Part shown: piece by piece, positions 7,472 through 19,137 of the stretch
How the letters are laid out: each line of letters begins with the position of its first letter
Numbering within the stretch: position 1 is the stretch's first letter
DNA from: a virus
Taxonomy: Duplodnaviria; Heunggongvirae; Uroviricota; Caudoviricetes
DNA length: 32,643 nucleotides
Direction: 5' to 3' (one strand)
Virus record (IMG/VR): IMGVR_UViG_2740892229_000018
Location: 1 to 32,643 of that record
The notes under the pieces: generated by a model
Told to the model about the DNA's origin: nothing
Seen by the model: only the letters and a program-made list of their open reading frames with translations
Databases searched by the model: none
Translations under genes and position numbers: made by a program

Positions 7472-9352
7472 TTATTGCTGTTCTGCTGTAATTTGGCTTG
7501 AAAGTATAGGGCGTATCGCATTTGCAGCATTATTTAGCGCTCTTTCATAGGCTGGTGTTCCTGCTTTGGTGTTTGCCAGACGTAAGAGAGCATTCCTTGC
7601 TGCTTTGGACTCATACAAGCGCATCATTGCACCGAAACCAGCCTCAAGCCCCATTGATACGCCAAGAGTCGCAGTTGCGCCAATCGTCCTTATCCTGTTG
7701 GCTTGCGATTGCCCCGTCTGAGTTACTACATTTGCGGTGTCTGACCTTGCTGTTTGCTGTAGAACTTCATGAAGAGCATCAAGCTCTTTCATGTGCTTTC
7801 CTGAAAAAATAGTGTTGTAAATTTCACCGCCTGACTGAGATTTCAGCTTATTAACTTCAGTGATGAACTTGGCTGGAGAGTCACCGGCCTTTTCCGCTAT
7901 TTTGCTGACGTAAGCTGCACGCATAGCATCTTTCCCTTTATCATCCAGTGCGCTCCAGATTCGTTTCACGTCAGATGGTTTTCTGCTTAATACAACAGTA
8001 TTTATAAGTTCAGGACTGGCTTCACTGCTTGCCTTGTTGAGCTTGTTAGCAATGTTTTTATTAAGCACCTTATTATAAACGTTTGCATAATCGGAATTTG
8101 CTTTAAGGTATTTTGCTGCGTCTGACGCACCGAGGTTTTTTGCAACTGCGTTACGAAGGTCTTTTGACATTGCATTCTCTACCATATTGGTAGCTGCTTT
8201 TGCCTGGTTGGGGAAGACCATAGCATCTCCCTGAACATTAGATCTAAATGCTGTTCTGTGCTGACGCAAGAGATCAAACGTAACATCCAAATCAGTTGCA
8301 GGGTTTGCTAATTCTTCACGTAGGTTACGCAAGGATGTAAGCAGGCTTTGATTGGCTGAAGTCCCAAGCCGTTCCTGTCTTGCGATCGCTGTATTCAGAG
8401 CATTCATGGTATTTGTGGTATCAACTGCGGCATTACCCATTTTATTGGTGACGTCATTGATAACAGCGCCAGCGGCATCCTTCCGCCCCCTTAACGTGGT
8501 GGTAAGAGATTTCACCACATCATCAGGGTTGTACTCACCAAAACGGTCAAAATAATTACTTACCAGCTTACTACGCGTTGCATATTGCTCCGCTCGCTTT
8601 GAGCCTGTCCCGAGCAAAGCCCCCTCGGCATCCTGAGTTAGGCCGCGAGTGAAAGCATTTTTCGGCGGGATAACATCAGATGTCATTGGTGTCACGCCCA
8701 TCGATTCTGATGTGGCAATTTTCTTCGCCACTTCTGGCGCAATATCACCTTTTATAGCCGTTATTCCACGCCCTATTCCCTTTGCTGCTGCGGAAAGAAC
8801 ACCCTGAGTGGCAAGGTTAACTCCGGCATTTTTAGCTGCATTTTGTGCGAAATCGCCTTTCTGATTTGCGGCCTCTGCCAGTGATCCAATAGCCATGCTT
8901 CCTGCCGTTCCAACTCCTGGAACTAAATACCCACCAATTGTTTCACCGGCTTGCGCGTAGGGGTCTGTCGGTCGATCGACAGGGCGATAAACATCATCCA
9001 AAACCTTGGGGCCACCAAGCCCCTGACTGATTGCATTAATCAGACTTGCGCCACCCTGCAATACGTCAAATGGTATGTTTACCAGACCACGACCAGCCTG
9101 TTCTGCAATTTGCCCTGCACTTTGACCACCAGTGAGCCAATCGCCAGCTTGTTGCATCAATGATGGTTCTTCTTTCTGCTGCTGAGGTGGAGGGTATGCT
9201 GCATAAAACTGATCTCTTGCTTCAGCCCATTTGTCACCAGCCTTAGGGGCAACAACCTCATCAAAATATTGCGCTTGAGCCTGTGCTTTCTGTTCTTCAG
9301 TTAACGCCTGATACTGTGGAGAAGCGATAACATCTTTCCATGCTTTAGCCAT
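7472..9352 (-). CDS. DNA-ejection (injection) protein, P22 gp16-like
   Basis: 626 aa, last of three consecutive ejection-protein genes between tail needle and immI, as in P22; size close to P22 gp16. Confidence 0.7.
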   Translation of the reverse strand: MAKAWKDVIASPQYQALTEEQKAQAQAQYFDEVVAPKAGDKWAEARDQFYAAYPPPQQQKEEPSLMQQAGDWLTGGQSAGQIAEQAGRGLVNIPFDVLQGGASLINAISQGLGGPKVLDDVYRPVDRPTDPYAQAGETIGGYLVPGVGTAGSMAIGSLAEAANQKGDFAQNAAKNAGVNLATQGVLSAAAKGIGRGITAIKGDIAPEVAKKIATSESMGVTPMTSDVIPPKNAFTRGLTQDAEGALLGTGSKRAEQYATRSKLVSNYFDRFGEYNPDDVVKSLTTTLRGRKDAAGAVINDVTNKMGNAAVDTTNTMNALNTAIARQERLGTSANQSLLTSLRNLREELANPATDLDVTFDLLRQHRTAFRSNVQGDAMVFPNQAKAATNMVENAMSKDLRNAVAKNLGASDAAKYLKANSDYANVYNKVLNKNIANKLNKASSEASPELINTVVLSRKPSDVKRIWSALDDKGKDAMRAAYVSKIAEKAGDSPAKFITEVNKLKSQSGGEIYNTIFSGKHMKELDALHEVLQQTARSDTANVVTQTGQSQANRIRTIGATATLGVSMGLEAGFGAMMRLYESKAARNALLRLANTKAGTPAYERALNNAANAIRPILSSQITAEQQ

Positions 9353-10701
9353 TAATCACCCCATAAAGACGAGAAACCGGACTTATTGCTGTCGCTTCCT
9401 GATTTTCGCTCACTAACATATGTGTCATAACCTGATGAACTATATCCCATTGATTCAGCCTCCCTTGCTGCAACCTTTTGAAATACAGAATATTGCGATC
9501 GGATTTCAGATAACTGTTTTCTGACGACCTCTTCAGGCTGTGTTATATCGAGTTTCGCGATAAGGTTTTCCAGTTTTTGTCCTTCAGCATTGGAGAGGCT
9601 ACCCATACCTCGCATAGTCTGCACGTTCTGGACAAACGCACCCGACTTTAATTCTTCTATCGCATTACGGTTTGCAAGCCCTTCAGCACTTGTGAAGCCA
9701 TCTATATTTCTTCCTTCGAAGCGACCGATACCTTCAAGCTCCTTCTTACCAAGCAAAGAATCTATTTTCTCTATCCCTCGCTCACCAGTAATCAACGCAT
9801 TGTTGTAATTATTGTTGCCATCAAGCCATCTCTTAGCCTGAGACATTCTGGCTGACGTTGCAGCTTTACCGGTTAGCGGATCAATTCCCGTCGCTGCTAT
9901 CTGTGAGTTAAGAGACAAAACATCCATATCCTGAAGTTGTCCTGCTCTTTCAAGGGCCGCCTGTGACTGCTTAAACACATACTTGTCGTGATTCAGTCTT
10001 GCCATTTGAGCCTTATAGGAAAGATCCTGCCCCCTAATAGCCCTCGCATTCGTCATGTCATTATTGCGAATGGTTTCGTTAATTCTTTGCTGCTCCTGCT
10101 GGCGACCAACCATCTTGTCCTGAACAGCAAACGCCTTTTCTGGTCCAAGCGCACCGAGAGACATAGTAGTCAGCATGTGTGATAGCTGCTCTGGATTCTG
10201 GATACCTGTCTGAATCATCCAGTCAGCATTAGCACCAACGCGATTTAACCTGTCCTTGTTATCAGTAATGAATTTACTGTAGGCTTCCGGTCCCTGAGAA
10301 AGAGCGACGTTAGCCCTCATGGCTAAATCGCCCATATCGTTGCGTTGCTGCTCATTAAGACCGGAAAACGCCTGTTGTGCCTGTGCAACAAACGCTGGAT
10401 TTTCCTGGGCAAACTTAAATAGTCCCGATGGATCACCAGAAGCCCATGCATCAGCGTGAACCTTATTGAACGCACTAATAGCTTTCTGTTGCTGTTCCTG
10501 ATTGTAAATATCAGCAACTCCAGCCAGACCACGTAACGCGGTCAGACCAACGTTATTTGCACCTGAGCGAGCCAGTTCATTGTTTTCGCGGATCAGACCA
10601 AGCGTTGCGTTAATGTCGCTTGCCTTTGGCGCATTCTCATTTTGCGTACCGATGCCAGCCAGAAAACCACCAGAATTAATACCCTGTTGCCACGTAGCCA
10701 T
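9352..10701 (-). CDS. DNA-ejection protein, P22 gp20-like
   Basis: 449 aa; assigned by position and size in the P22 ejection-protein block. Confidence 0.65.
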   Translation of the reverse strand: MATWQQGINSGGFLAGIGTQNENAPKASDINATLGLIRENNELARSGANNVGLTALRGLAGVADIYNQEQQQKAISAFNKVHADAWASGDPSGLFKFAQENPAFVAQAQQAFSGLNEQQRNDMGDLAMRANVALSQGPEAYSKFITDNKDRLNRVGANADWMIQTGIQNPEQLSHMLTTMSLGALGPEKAFAVQDKMVGRQQEQQRINETIRNNDMTNARAIRGQDLSYKAQMARLNHDKYVFKQSQAALERAGQLQDMDVLSLNSQIAATGIDPLTGKAATSARMSQAKRWLDGNNNYNNALITGERGIEKIDSLLGKKELEGIGRFEGRNIDGFTSAEGLANRNAIEELKSGAFVQNVQTMRGMGSLSNAEGQKLENLIAKLDITQPEEVVRKQLSEIRSQYSVFQKVAAREAESMGYSSSGYDTYVSERKSGSDSNKSGFSSLWGD

Positions 10702-10711
10702 TGATTACCCC

Positions 10712-11404
10712 TTAAAACAACGAGCCAAGCAGACCAAGACCGCCGCCGATCGCAGCCCCCCACGGAGTTGATGAACCAATTAATTTCGCAAGTCCGGCCC
10801 CAGCAATAGCACCAGACGCACCTCCGCCAATAGCAGATTGCATTGCTGATGGTCTGTTGGCATTTGCCGCTGCAAGAGCCGCACTTTGCTGCGAAATCTG
10901 ACTCATGTTGTTGGCATATGTCTGCCCTGCGTTTGCCTGACCTTGCAGAGCACCAAGCCCAACGTTTGCCAGATTCTGGTAGTTGTTCATCTGACCAGAC
11001 AGCCACTGCTGACCAAGCGTTGGTGCGATTGTTGCTAACTGATTACTGGTTGCGGTGGAACCCAATCCACCTGTTGCTTCCGCTGCAGCCAGACTCTGAT
11101 AGCGAGCCTGACCTGCAAGGTCTTTATACTGCTGAGAGTTGTAATACTGGTTAAGTGCCTGACCTTGCCCCTCCAGAGACGATAAGTTTTCGAGGCTGCC
11201 GACATACTTATCAGCCAGAGGAGTAAACGGCTTCAGGTTATTCATGATGGTGTTGAACTGCTGATTTTGCAGGTCTGCGGCATACTTCTGGGCTTCTGCT
11301 GCATACTTTGCGCTTTTATCAGAACTGCCACCTTTCCCACCCTTTTCAGGGCAATAAGGTTCCTCGCCGCGCAGTTTTCTGCCCAGCTTAAATGCATATA
11401 ACAT
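10712..11404 (-). CDS. DNA-ejection protein, P22 gp7-like
   Basis: 230 aa, Gly/Ala/Gln-rich with hydrophobic C-terminus; position and size fit P22 gp7. Confidence 0.65.
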   Translation of the reverse strand: MLYAFKLGRKLRGEEPYCPEKGGKGGSSDKSAKYAAEAQKYAADLQNQQFNTIMNNLKPFTPLADKYVGSLENLSSLEGQGQALNQYYNSQQYKDLAGQARYQSLAAAEATGGLGSTATSNQLATIAPTLGQQWLSGQMNNYQNLANVGLGALQGQANAGQTYANNMSQISQQSAALAAANANRPSAMQSAIGGGASGAIAGAGLAKLIGSSTPWGAAIGGGLGLLGSLF

Positions 11405-11406
11405 GG

Positions 11407-11862
11407 CTATCTCCCGTGATTCAGGAAGTCGATTAGTTCTTCGCGTGTGGCGCTGTAAAAAGTCACGTCATCAACGCCTTTGAAGTATTTCTTGATGGTT
11501 CCTACACGCTTAAGGCCAATCATTGCGCAGTACATCTGACCGTGGCGGAATTTGCGTGCAGCGAACGATGTTACGCACTGAACGGTGGTGTTAGTCAGAA
11601 TGTATCTCCAGAACGCCAGCCCGATTTCCTTGCTGAAGCCGCGAATCTCTGGCAGGTACATGGCGTGGCAATCGAATGTCAGCGGCTGAATCTCCTGATA
11701 GTAAACAATGCCGCCAAACTGACCGTGCACGTTAACCTCAAAGTAACGGCATTCAGGCTTGTAGTCGTATCCATCACCGTTGTTGCTTCCGGCAATAATG
11801 TCAGGGTGATTTCCGACTGCTTCGATCAGGTCGATGTTTCGCGTTGGTTTGAACTGAATCAT
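11407..11862 (-). CDS. P22 gp14-like virion protein (by synteny)
   Basis: 151-aa ORF between the tail-needle and gp7-like genes; assignment by position only. Confidence 0.45.
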   Translation of the reverse strand: MIQFKPTRNIDLIEAVGNHPDIIAGSNNGDGYDYKPECRYFEVNVHGQFGGIVYYQEIQPLTFDCHAMYLPEIRGFSKEIGLAFWRYILTNTTVQCVTSFAARKFRHGQMYCAMIGLKRVGTIKKYFKGVDDVTFYSATREELIDFLNHGR

Positions 11863-12710
11863 TACTGCTCCGCGATTATCTTGATGGTTGTGGCAGTAAA
11901 CGCCGCACCATTTGACTGAATGGTTAACGTACTGCCATTTGTGGCAAGAAAGCCGTCTTTATCCACGCTGAAGAACGTAGCTAACAGGATGTTATCGGTT
12001 GTTGTCGCCGCATTACGACTGCTGACCAACGTGTCAGGAACAGAGCCGGAAAAGGTTAGCTGCATTGATCTGTTGGCGGTTCCGCTGGGCCACGTCCCGA
12101 CAATAGACAGCTTGAAGAACAAAGTTTTGTTCTCGTTGAACACAACCATCTTGTTGTTAACGGTGTCGAAGAATGGTGCCAACGAGCCTGATGACGGCGT
12201 GAGCGTTTTCAGCAGGCTAACAAGGTTGGTCGGCGCTGTCGGAATGGTTACTGATACGCCAGAGTAAACAACCTCTGACTTCTTGCGAGTAGTGGCATAC
12301 TCCAGAGCATCAATGCGCGACTCATGGTCTGAAACCTGCGATTCCAGCGACTGAACTCTGGTATCAAGCGACGCAATATCGCTTTCATTCTGAGCTATTC
12401 GTGTTTCATGTTCCTGAAGAGTTGATTCTGCCTGGCTGATTCGCTCCTCATGATTAACAAGCGTTGCTTCCGCAGCAGAAATTCGCTGCTCATGGTCAGC
12501 GAGAATCACATCCTGCTCATCGTTCCTGACTTGTGCGTCATAAGCGCCCTGTCCGGCCTCGTTGGCCTTGTTAGCCACATTACCAACATCAGTACCCTGT
12601 GCGATAACGTAAAGCAGATACGACTGCGAGAAGATATTGCGTGGAAGGACTGATGTGTCTAGCCGCGTAGCTTGGATGATTACCGGCACATTGAGATTCG
12701 AATCCGCCAT
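11862..12710 (-). CDS. tail needle (P22 gp26-like) with C-terminal knob domain
   Basis: 282 aa; heptad coiled-coil repeats ([36 protein letters not shown]) then a ~140-aa C-terminal domain, as in Sf6/HK620-type needles. Confidence 0.8.
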   Translation of the reverse strand: MADSNLNVPVIIQATRLDTSVLPRNIFSQSYLLYVIAQGTDVGNVANKANEAGQGAYDAQVRNDEQDVILADHEQRISAAEATLVNHEERISQAESTLQEHETRIAQNESDIASLDTRVQSLESQVSDHESRIDALEYATTRKKSEVVYSGVSVTIPTAPTNLVSLLKTLTPSSGSLAPFFDTVNNKMVVFNENKTLFFKLSIVGTWPSGTANRSMQLTFSGSVPDTLVSSRNAATTTDNILLATFFSVDKDGFLATNGSTLTIQSNGAAFTATTIKIIAEQ

Positions 12711-14128
12711 TACTCAATCCTTATCTGGCAGCCAGACAGAGTGACTGGTGACTTCGTAATAACGCGCAATTTGAAGCCGACATTTTTCCTGATGCGCCCT
12801 ACTCGCTTCCACAAAACACGCTTGTCGTAAACGAACGGTTCATTCTGCTCAATCATCTGCTCACGCCCGTAATTGATGCCGTCAGTGGTTGCAGAGAGAA
12901 AAAGGCGGTCGGCGTACTGCGCAACGCCAGTTGACGATTCAACCTCAAGGTCGAAAACTCTGGCGTTATCTGCTTTGAAGAGTGGGGTAAACAGCAGATG
13001 TTCCTGTTGCTTGTCGTACTGGCTGCTGATATCGAACTGCAATTTCCCGGTAACAGATTCCAGCTTATCGCCGCACGTTATCTGATTGCCTTCGTAAATG
13101 AAGTCGATAGCGCGGTACACATCGTCATACAGGCCTGTTTTCAGCACACACCATTGCGGACCATTGGCGCTTGAAGATGCGTCGTACACGAGAACATGGC
13201 GCGGAAGATGGATAATCAGCAACTCATGCGCATCAAACCGCAACGATTCCATCACGCCATCAGCCAGTTCATCAGCAGTGTAGGAGCGAAGAATTTTCTC
13301 AATGCTCGCGCTGGCGATTGGTGACACCTGACCGGAGCCGATGATATACACAGACGGCGCACCTGTTGCCGGATTGCTGATGAAAGCATAGGAATCAGCA
13401 AACGGCGTTTTGCAGTAAGTTCCGGCGATGCCTTTTTGCACCATCAGCGATGGCTGCGCGACATACAAAGCAGCACCAACGGTAGTTGCGCCTGTCAGGG
13501 AGAAATATTCAATCGTCGATGAACCAAAGCAGACGATGAAGTCTCGCCATGTTCCGATGCCGATAATACCGTCAGGCTGAGACTCGGCACGATATTGTGC
13601 ACTGTATCGGTCAGGGTGCGATTCGTCTTCAAGGTCAGTGATAAACCATGAATCAGTTCCGTCTTTTGACCACGCATAACGCCCACGTAAGCGCGTAATG
13701 TCGCGAACTGAACCTAACTCGTACTGTGTGAATCCGCTGTCTGTAGGCCAGTTTGAGACGGTTTTAACCGTGCCATCATAGCGATACTCGACCAGTTGAC
13801 CATTAACGCCTACAGCCTGAGATGTCCGACCATGCGCCATTGATACACGACCACTTCCGGCAACATCACCGACTTCGCTTTCGCCCTTATACAGCTTGCC
13901 CCCACACACGCGATATACAGCACTCTGCGCCATGTTGTACTCGACGCCGCGCGATATACCGTTCACATCAGAACGTTTGGCAATGCCCGGGAATGAGCGA
14001 AGATATCCGCTGCTGTTGAGGATTTCTTTGGGTGTAGCCAACATATTCACTGGCAGATAGTCGATATAGTCGGCGTTTCGGAAGTCTTTGCCGACACCTT
14101 TCATAAGCGGAAGTTGCTGAATCGGCAT
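12710..14128 (-). CDS. tail hub / head-completion protein, P22 gp10-like
   Basis: 472 aa, same length as P22 gp10 as I recall, located between the gp4-like and needle genes. Confidence 0.7.
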   Translation of the reverse strand: MPIQQLPLMKGVGKDFRNADYIDYLPVNMLATPKEILNSSGYLRSFPGIAKRSDVNGISRGVEYNMAQSAVYRVCGGKLYKGESEVGDVAGSGRVSMAHGRTSQAVGVNGQLVEYRYDGTVKTVSNWPTDSGFTQYELGSVRDITRLRGRYAWSKDGTDSWFITDLEDESHPDRYSAQYRAESQPDGIIGIGTWRDFIVCFGSSTIEYFSLTGATTVGAALYVAQPSLMVQKGIAGTYCKTPFADSYAFISNPATGAPSVYIIGSGQVSPIASASIEKILRSYTADELADGVMESLRFDAHELLIIHLPRHVLVYDASSSANGPQWCVLKTGLYDDVYRAIDFIYEGNQITCGDKLESVTGKLQFDISSQYDKQQEHLLFTPLFKADNARVFDLEVESSTGVAQYADRLFLSATTDGINYGREQMIEQNEPFVYDKRVLWKRVGRIRKNVGFKLRVITKSPVTLSGCQIRIE

Positions 14129-14136
14129 TTATTCAC

Positions 14137-14619
14137 CTATGCGTTTGGTATATCGCCATCAATCAGAGGGAGATCGCCTGGATAATATCGGTCAGATGTA
14201 AACACGTCATATTTATTACCCTGTCCTACAGGAAAATCTCCACGTCGTCGCATTGAAGGAACAATCAGAGTGTCGGTCATCAAGGCATCATATGAGCGTT
14301 GGGCGTTACTGAGAACTTGCGGAGTTGGTTCAAGGCTGTAATCAGATAGCATTCTCAGCAATAACTGATAGCCTACTGCGTGTTTGTATTTTCTTGGAAG
14401 ACCTGACTCATCATCTGGTAATGGCTGCTCATCTCCAGTTGCGAAAGCGTAACCAATGTCGCCGGGGTTAATCATCCACTCGGACATCATATCTTCCAGA
14501 TCATTTACACCATCTTCAATTGATTGCGGCTCAACATCAGTCAGCGATGCATTAGAAGCAATAGCAAACTTACGAAGCGCAAAAAGGACGATCTCACCCT
14601 TTGTCAGTACTGTTGCCAT
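14137..14619 (-). CDS. tail accessory factor, P22 gp4-like
   Basis: 160-aa ORF downstream of the coat gene; position and size fit gp4. Confidence 0.65.
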   Translation of the reverse strand: MATVLTKGEIVLFALRKFAIASNASLTDVEPQSIEDGVNDLEDMMSEWMINPGDIGYAFATGDEQPLPDDESGLPRKYKHAVGYQLLLRMLSDYSLEPTPQVLSNAQRSYDALMTDTLIVPSMRRRGDFPVGQGNKYDVFTSDRYYPGDLPLIDGDIPNA

Positions 14620-14779
14620 TGTCTGCCGCCTTACGACCTCGCTTACTGGTCGGTTTCAATTCATCAACTGAGGCAACAAAGCCCAACTTTTCGAAGAACT
14701 GGAAGTCTTTTTCTGCGATAACGGCCTGTACATGCCCGGATTCGTTATCTGCGGCAAGGAATACACTCATGCGATCCAT
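14594..14779 (-). CDS. hypothetical small protein between coat and gp4-like genes
   Basis: 61-aa ORF whose stop overlaps the gp4-like start; no recognised motif. Confidence 0.35.
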   Translation of the reverse strand: MDRMSVFLAADNESGHVQAVIAEKDFQFFEKLGFVASVDELKPTSKRGRKAADNGNSTDKG

Positions 14780-14780
14780 A

Positions 14781-14807
14781 TTGTTTCCTTAAAACATAAA
14801 AGGGGCG
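14781..14807 (-). terminator. rho-independent terminator/attenuator after the coat gene
   Basis: Minus-strand hairpin ggggc-ttac-gcccc followed by TTTTATGTTTT, directly after the coat stop (14822). Confidence 0.55.
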
Positions 14808-14821
14808 TAAGCCCCTTGTTA

Positions 14822-16099
14822 TTACGGATTACCGAAGAACTGACCGCCCATGTGAGGGTTAAAGCACACATATGCAGGCAGTAAGTCAAAGCGCATTTTT
14901 TGCACGTTGGCATCGCCATCTGCGTATTTATGTACGCGGATGGAGAAACCTTCATATGTTGCAACAGCAGAATCAATACTGTGCAGTTTCGGCAGTGGGA
15001 TAGAGCCAAGTCCACAGAAGAACTTGTTATAGAACAGGTTTGGCTTCATTGTCTGGCTAGCAGTGCCTACTACAGATACGGCATCACCTGCCGCTACCTG
15101 ACGACTTACAGAGTTGTACTGCGGGTTTGTAGTGTCATAAATCGGAACACCAGAAAGCGTAACCGTCACATCGCCACTGCTGTCTGAATTAGCATCAGCA
15201 GTAACCGTTGCAGTGAAGCTAATTGGTGTGGCTCCGTTATACAACGCCTGTTTGGTCTGCTGTTGCAGCCAGTAGGTATTGGTGAATTTGACCTGATCAC
15301 CAGCTTTCAGAAAACCTGTAACGCTGGCTGTCGCTCCGGTCAATGTTACAGTGAACTGGTATGAGTCTTTAACTGCGTTATAGGTAACAGTTGGCTGTGT
15401 TTTGACTGTCAGTGTTCCGCCAAATGCCCCCTGCGTACGAGAGGCAAGCCCATTAGACATCAGTGCGCGAATGCCGCCAAAATTGGTTGGGATCTGTGCG
15501 TTCTCCCATGCAGTACGAACCAATTGATCTGAAGCATGCAAACCAGTCTGCGCATCAGCAAGTCGCTGTGCAGACCATGGATCCATTACAGCATAGTTTT
15601 CACCTTCATTAACGCCGAGGTCTTTCAGGAAAGATGCCGTCTGCGCAACATCAGACCATTTGGTGATTGGCGTATTGGGGCTACCAAGTGACAACGCACC
15701 GTTATTCATCATGAAGTGAGCAAGCTCTGTTTCAAGGTCGGTAACGATTCGCTGGCGAACCGGCGCGAGAATTTCTTCCAGCTGGTTAAGCTTGATCGCT
15801 TCCTCCAGTTGCTGATATTCAACAGCAACAGTGATGTAGTTACCTACACGCCCCGTAGCTTTACCTGAGATCAGGTTGTTTTTATTTTGCCCTGAAATAT
15901 CACCAGTGGGAGTACGGAGTGATGAGAATTGATGCGGACGTTTAAAGCTAACGCTATCGCCAGTGCTGGAGTTGATTTCACCTGCCAGCAACTGACGGTC
16001 TACGGTTTTCGCCAGAACTAAATCTGACATAAAACCCGGAAGGAATTTTTTCAGAACGATTTGACTGACGTTACTGTCGAGATTGTTATTGTTAGGCAT
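14822..16099 (-). CDS. major capsid (coat) protein, Sf6-type
   Basis: 425 aa between scaffold and gp4-like genes; sequence unlike the P22 coat I recall, size consistent with the Sf6 coat group. Confidence 0.85.
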   Translation of the reverse strand: MPNNNNLDSNVSQIVLKKFLPGFMSDLVLAKTVDRQLLAGEINSSTGDSVSFKRPHQFSSLRTPTGDISGQNKNNLISGKATGRVGNYITVAVEYQQLEEAIKLNQLEEILAPVRQRIVTDLETELAHFMMNNGALSLGSPNTPITKWSDVAQTASFLKDLGVNEGENYAVMDPWSAQRLADAQTGLHASDQLVRTAWENAQIPTNFGGIRALMSNGLASRTQGAFGGTLTVKTQPTVTYNAVKDSYQFTVTLTGATASVTGFLKAGDQVKFTNTYWLQQQTKQALYNGATPISFTATVTADANSDSSGDVTVTLSGVPIYDTTNPQYNSVSRQVAAGDAVSVVGTASQTMKPNLFYNKFFCGLGSIPLPKLHSIDSAVATYEGFSIRVHKYADGDANVQKMRFDLLPAYVCFNPHMGGQFFGNP

Positions 16100-16110
16100 C
16101 TATCTTTTCC

Positions 16111-16995
16111 TTATTCGATTTTTGCGCCGGGGCATAATTTGTTGAATTCGTCTTGTTTCGCATCAGCACCGCCACCACGTACTTCCGGCTCTGGCTTGAT
16201 GGCTTTCTTTGGTTTTGGAGCAAGGCTTACCTGTTTGCTAATCTGCCCCAAGAGGAATGCTGCGCGAATTGGATCTGTCTCAGCGGCTACACGCTGGCGT
16301 AATTGCTGGCTCTTACCTAAGCCATAGGCGAGTAGTTCAGAGCCTTCGTCTGCACAGTGAATGATGATTTCCTGCTGAATTGGTGGTAGCTCACTAAGAA
16401 CAATGGCTTCCATTTCCTGATAATCTTTCACAGGAAGTTTGGCTGCCCGTTGTTTATGCGCTTCTACCCTTTGCTGGAAACGCTGTTGGTATTCCTGTTG
16501 CTGACGTAGTTTTTGTTGCTGCTGCTGTTCGACACGGCCTTTTTTCTCATGCCAATCAGTCAATGCCTGTTCAAACGCCTGTTCGTCATAATCACACGAC
16601 TCAAGAGTCGGTTTTGGTGGAATAGCGTCTGGTTGTGGTTGCTGATGTTCCGCTGGCTTGGCTAATGCTTCCTCAAGCTGGCGGCGCAACTCACGGTTTT
16701 CTTTCTGTGTTTCTTTGAAGCCTTTGCGAAGATCTTTCACCCATTGCGGTGCAGGTTGCCCGTCAATGTGATCATCATCGTCAGCGTTAAGCTGAATTTC
16801 TTCATCACCAATACGCAAGGCGTAATCTTCTGGTGTCTCTTCGGTTTTTTCAGGCTCAGTTTCCACCTCTTTACCGTTGTCATCCTGGCTTTCATTCTCA
16901 GGCTGTGACTCTGTTTGGATGATGGTTTCTTCTGCATTTTCCTGTGTTTCAGACAGGTCAATAACCTGACCGTCGATGATCAGTTCGTTTTCCAT
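16111..16995 (-). CDS. scaffolding protein
   Basis: 294 aa, highly acidic and Gln/Glu-rich with a helical C-terminus, between portal and coat. Confidence 0.7.
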   Translation of the reverse strand: MENELIIDGQVIDLSETQENAEETIIQTESQPENESQDDNGKEVETEPEKTEETPEDYALRIGDEEIQLNADDDDHIDGQPAPQWVKDLRKGFKETQKENRELRRQLEEALAKPAEHQQPQPDAIPPKPTLESCDYDEQAFEQALTDWHEKKGRVEQQQQQKLRQQQEYQQRFQQRVEAHKQRAAKLPVKDYQEMEAIVLSELPPIQQEIIIHCADEGSELLAYGLGKSQQLRQRVAAETDPIRAAFLLGQISKQVSLAPKPKKAIKPEPEVRGGGADAKQDEFNKLCPGAKIE

Positions 16996-17008
16996 TGATT
17001 ACTCCTGG

Positions 17009-19135
17009 TTAACTCGGCATTAAGTCTGCCGGTGACTGTGGTGGTGACTGGAATTGCTGTTGTTGTGACTCGGCGACATCTTTCAGAAGGCGTATTGCCT
17101 CCATCACTGCTTTGTCATCGATGTTTCTGGCTTGAGCCAGTTTATAGACAGTGTTTGCCTGACTCTCCATCGCATCCTGCTGGGCAGTAAATGCTTTGAT
17201 TTGAGTTTGAGCAGTTTCGTTAGTTGCTTTTTGCGCTTCTGCCTGCGCTGCTACCATTTGCGCCTGAGCGAGAACCATTTCAGGATTTGGCTGGCTTTGT
17301 GCTGCTATTTGCGCCTGTTGAACAATCTGCTGCTCTTTCTCATTGCGTGGTTTTGCAATACCAGATATCAGCAGTTGGTTTCGGTTGTACTCTTTGAAGT
17401 CATCAAGGCCTTCGCCATCGATATTGTCCAGAATAATACCCTGAATTGCCGGGCGCATTGGGTCTGTTGGAAGCATAGAGCTAAGGACATTTGTCAGTAC
17501 AGAAACCGTTGCATCACGTCGTGCTGTGTAGCTTGGTCCAACATCAACCGTCACATCGTATCGACCGACAGAAAGGTCATTTAACGCAACAACAGCCCCT
17601 GTTTGCCTGTCAACAACCTGTGCGCTCAGGACAGCGATATCATCACTTCCATCTTCGTTAACGATGCGCACTTCACGTTCTGAACCGTACACTTCACGCG
17701 CCATTGACAGCCATACTTCACCAGCGCGTTTAAGACTTTTCGCCATATTGTCCAGATAGATAAACGAAGCCATATCTGCTCTGTTCATCAAGTTGTTAAC
17801 CGTTTCCTGAGCAATATTACTTGGCATCTGCTGCATGGCCTGACTGCCGCCTGTAACCTCCTGAATATCAGCACTGGTTTGCTGTAGTAATGCAGCCAAT
17901 GCCTGATTCATAACCGCAGGCTGTGTATATCCTGCCGGGGTAGCTCCAGCGATAATGTTGCCAGATTTATCTCTCACTTCGCGCAACGGCAAGAACGCTG
18001 GGCGTTTCTTGTTGCGAGCCTCCCAGTGCTTCTCAAGTCCACGAATTTGCTCCATGCCAACTATAGGGATCTGACCGGGGTCTTGTGCTGCAGTATCAGC
18101 CAGCATTGAAACCTGAAGGTTGTACAAACGCTGTGGATCCATTGCTTTTGCAATGTGCCCTTCGACACGCTCAATGTCATCAATGAACCAGCGTTTTCCA
18201 TAAACCGGGATGAGGGGGATATGCTCACCAGGAATACGTCGAGGTTTCTCAAGGAAACCATCACCATCCACTACTGATACATACACACGACGGCGCTTCA
18301 CTGAGCGCCTTGCAACTTCCTGAAATCCAGCTATTGCCAGTTCATCTTCAATATCTTCGACCTGATCACTGTCGTATGTTGCAATCTCTCCAGTGATTGG
18401 ATGTCGATAACTGATAACATCAACAGACTCTTTACGAACTTCGTAATACTTCGCTATGTAAATAACATCTGCATCAAACCAGTCATATTCCCAACTGGTC
18501 ATAGACGTTACGTCCAGAGAAGCAGGAGGTTTCTTTCCGTATTCAGCCTCATATTTTTCAGGTGACAACGAATACATGCAGAACGCCCACAACGCGTCAG
18601 ATTTGTCGTATTTCTTAGCGTCAGGGTCAAACCACACAGAGCGCGACGGGTCGTATATCGGTTCAATAGCAATACGCTGACGATCGTCCATGGGGTCGTA
18701 TTCATTGACCAGCATCGACGTCAAACGGAAGCAACCGAAACCACCAGTAGCAGCGTCGTCAAATGCATTATCGCAAGCCTCACCGCCATCAGTTTCTTCG
18801 TAGTCAGCACGGAACAGACCATTTAATTTATTGGCTAACTCTTCGCTTGCCTCTCTGTCACCAGGACGAAACTTAACGGTGATTCTGTTATTGCGGTATT
18901 CTGCAATGATGCGGTTAAGTTCAGTTGCTACCTTATTGATTTCAAACTTAGGATACTTCTCGAACTGCTCATCAAGCTTAGTTCCAGCCGCCGTTGCTCC
19001 TTCCCATTGACCTCCGGGGACACGAGCAAACCTCGTAGCTTCAATGCACTTTTCGCGCACTTCCTGCTGTGGAGAATAGGCGCGGTCAAACCTGAGCATG
19101 ATCCGCTCATGTTTTTTCTCTAATGTCTCTGCCAT
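17009..19135 (-). CDS. portal protein
   Basis: ATG at 19135 (MAETLEKK...) lies 2 nt after the TerL stop; ~708 aa; the track's upstream start would overlap TerL by 70 nt. Confidence 0.85.
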   Translation of the reverse strand: MAETLEKKHERIMLRFDRAYSPQQEVREKCIEATRFARVPGGQWEGATAAGTKLDEQFEKYPKFEINKVATELNRIIAEYRNNRITVKFRPGDREASEELANKLNGLFRADYEETDGGEACDNAFDDAATGGFGCFRLTSMLVNEYDPMDDRQRIAIEPIYDPSRSVWFDPDAKKYDKSDALWAFCMYSLSPEKYEAEYGKKPPASLDVTSMTSWEYDWFDADVIYIAKYYEVRKESVDVISYRHPITGEIATYDSDQVEDIEDELAIAGFQEVARRSVKRRRVYVSVVDGDGFLEKPRRIPGEHIPLIPVYGKRWFIDDIERVEGHIAKAMDPQRLYNLQVSMLADTAAQDPGQIPIVGMEQIRGLEKHWEARNKKRPAFLPLREVRDKSGNIIAGATPAGYTQPAVMNQALAALLQQTSADIQEVTGGSQAMQQMPSNIAQETVNNLMNRADMASFIYLDNMAKSLKRAGEVWLSMAREVYGSEREVRIVNEDGSDDIAVLSAQVVDRQTGAVVALNDLSVGRYDVTVDVGPSYTARRDATVSVLTNVLSSMLPTDPMRPAIQGIILDNIDGEGLDDFKEYNRNQLLISGIAKPRNEKEQQIVQQAQIAAQSQPNPEMVLAQAQMVAAQAEAQKATNETAQTQIKAFTAQQDAMESQANTVYKLAQARNIDDKAVMEAIRLLKDVAESQQQQFQSPPQSPADLMPS

Positions 19136-19137
19136 GT

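Noticed and set aside
17132-17584. Plus-strand 150-aa ORF inside the portal gene (and similar antisense ORFs inside the terminase, coat and ejection genes)
   Set aside because: Fully embedded antisense to conserved structural genes; no independent support.
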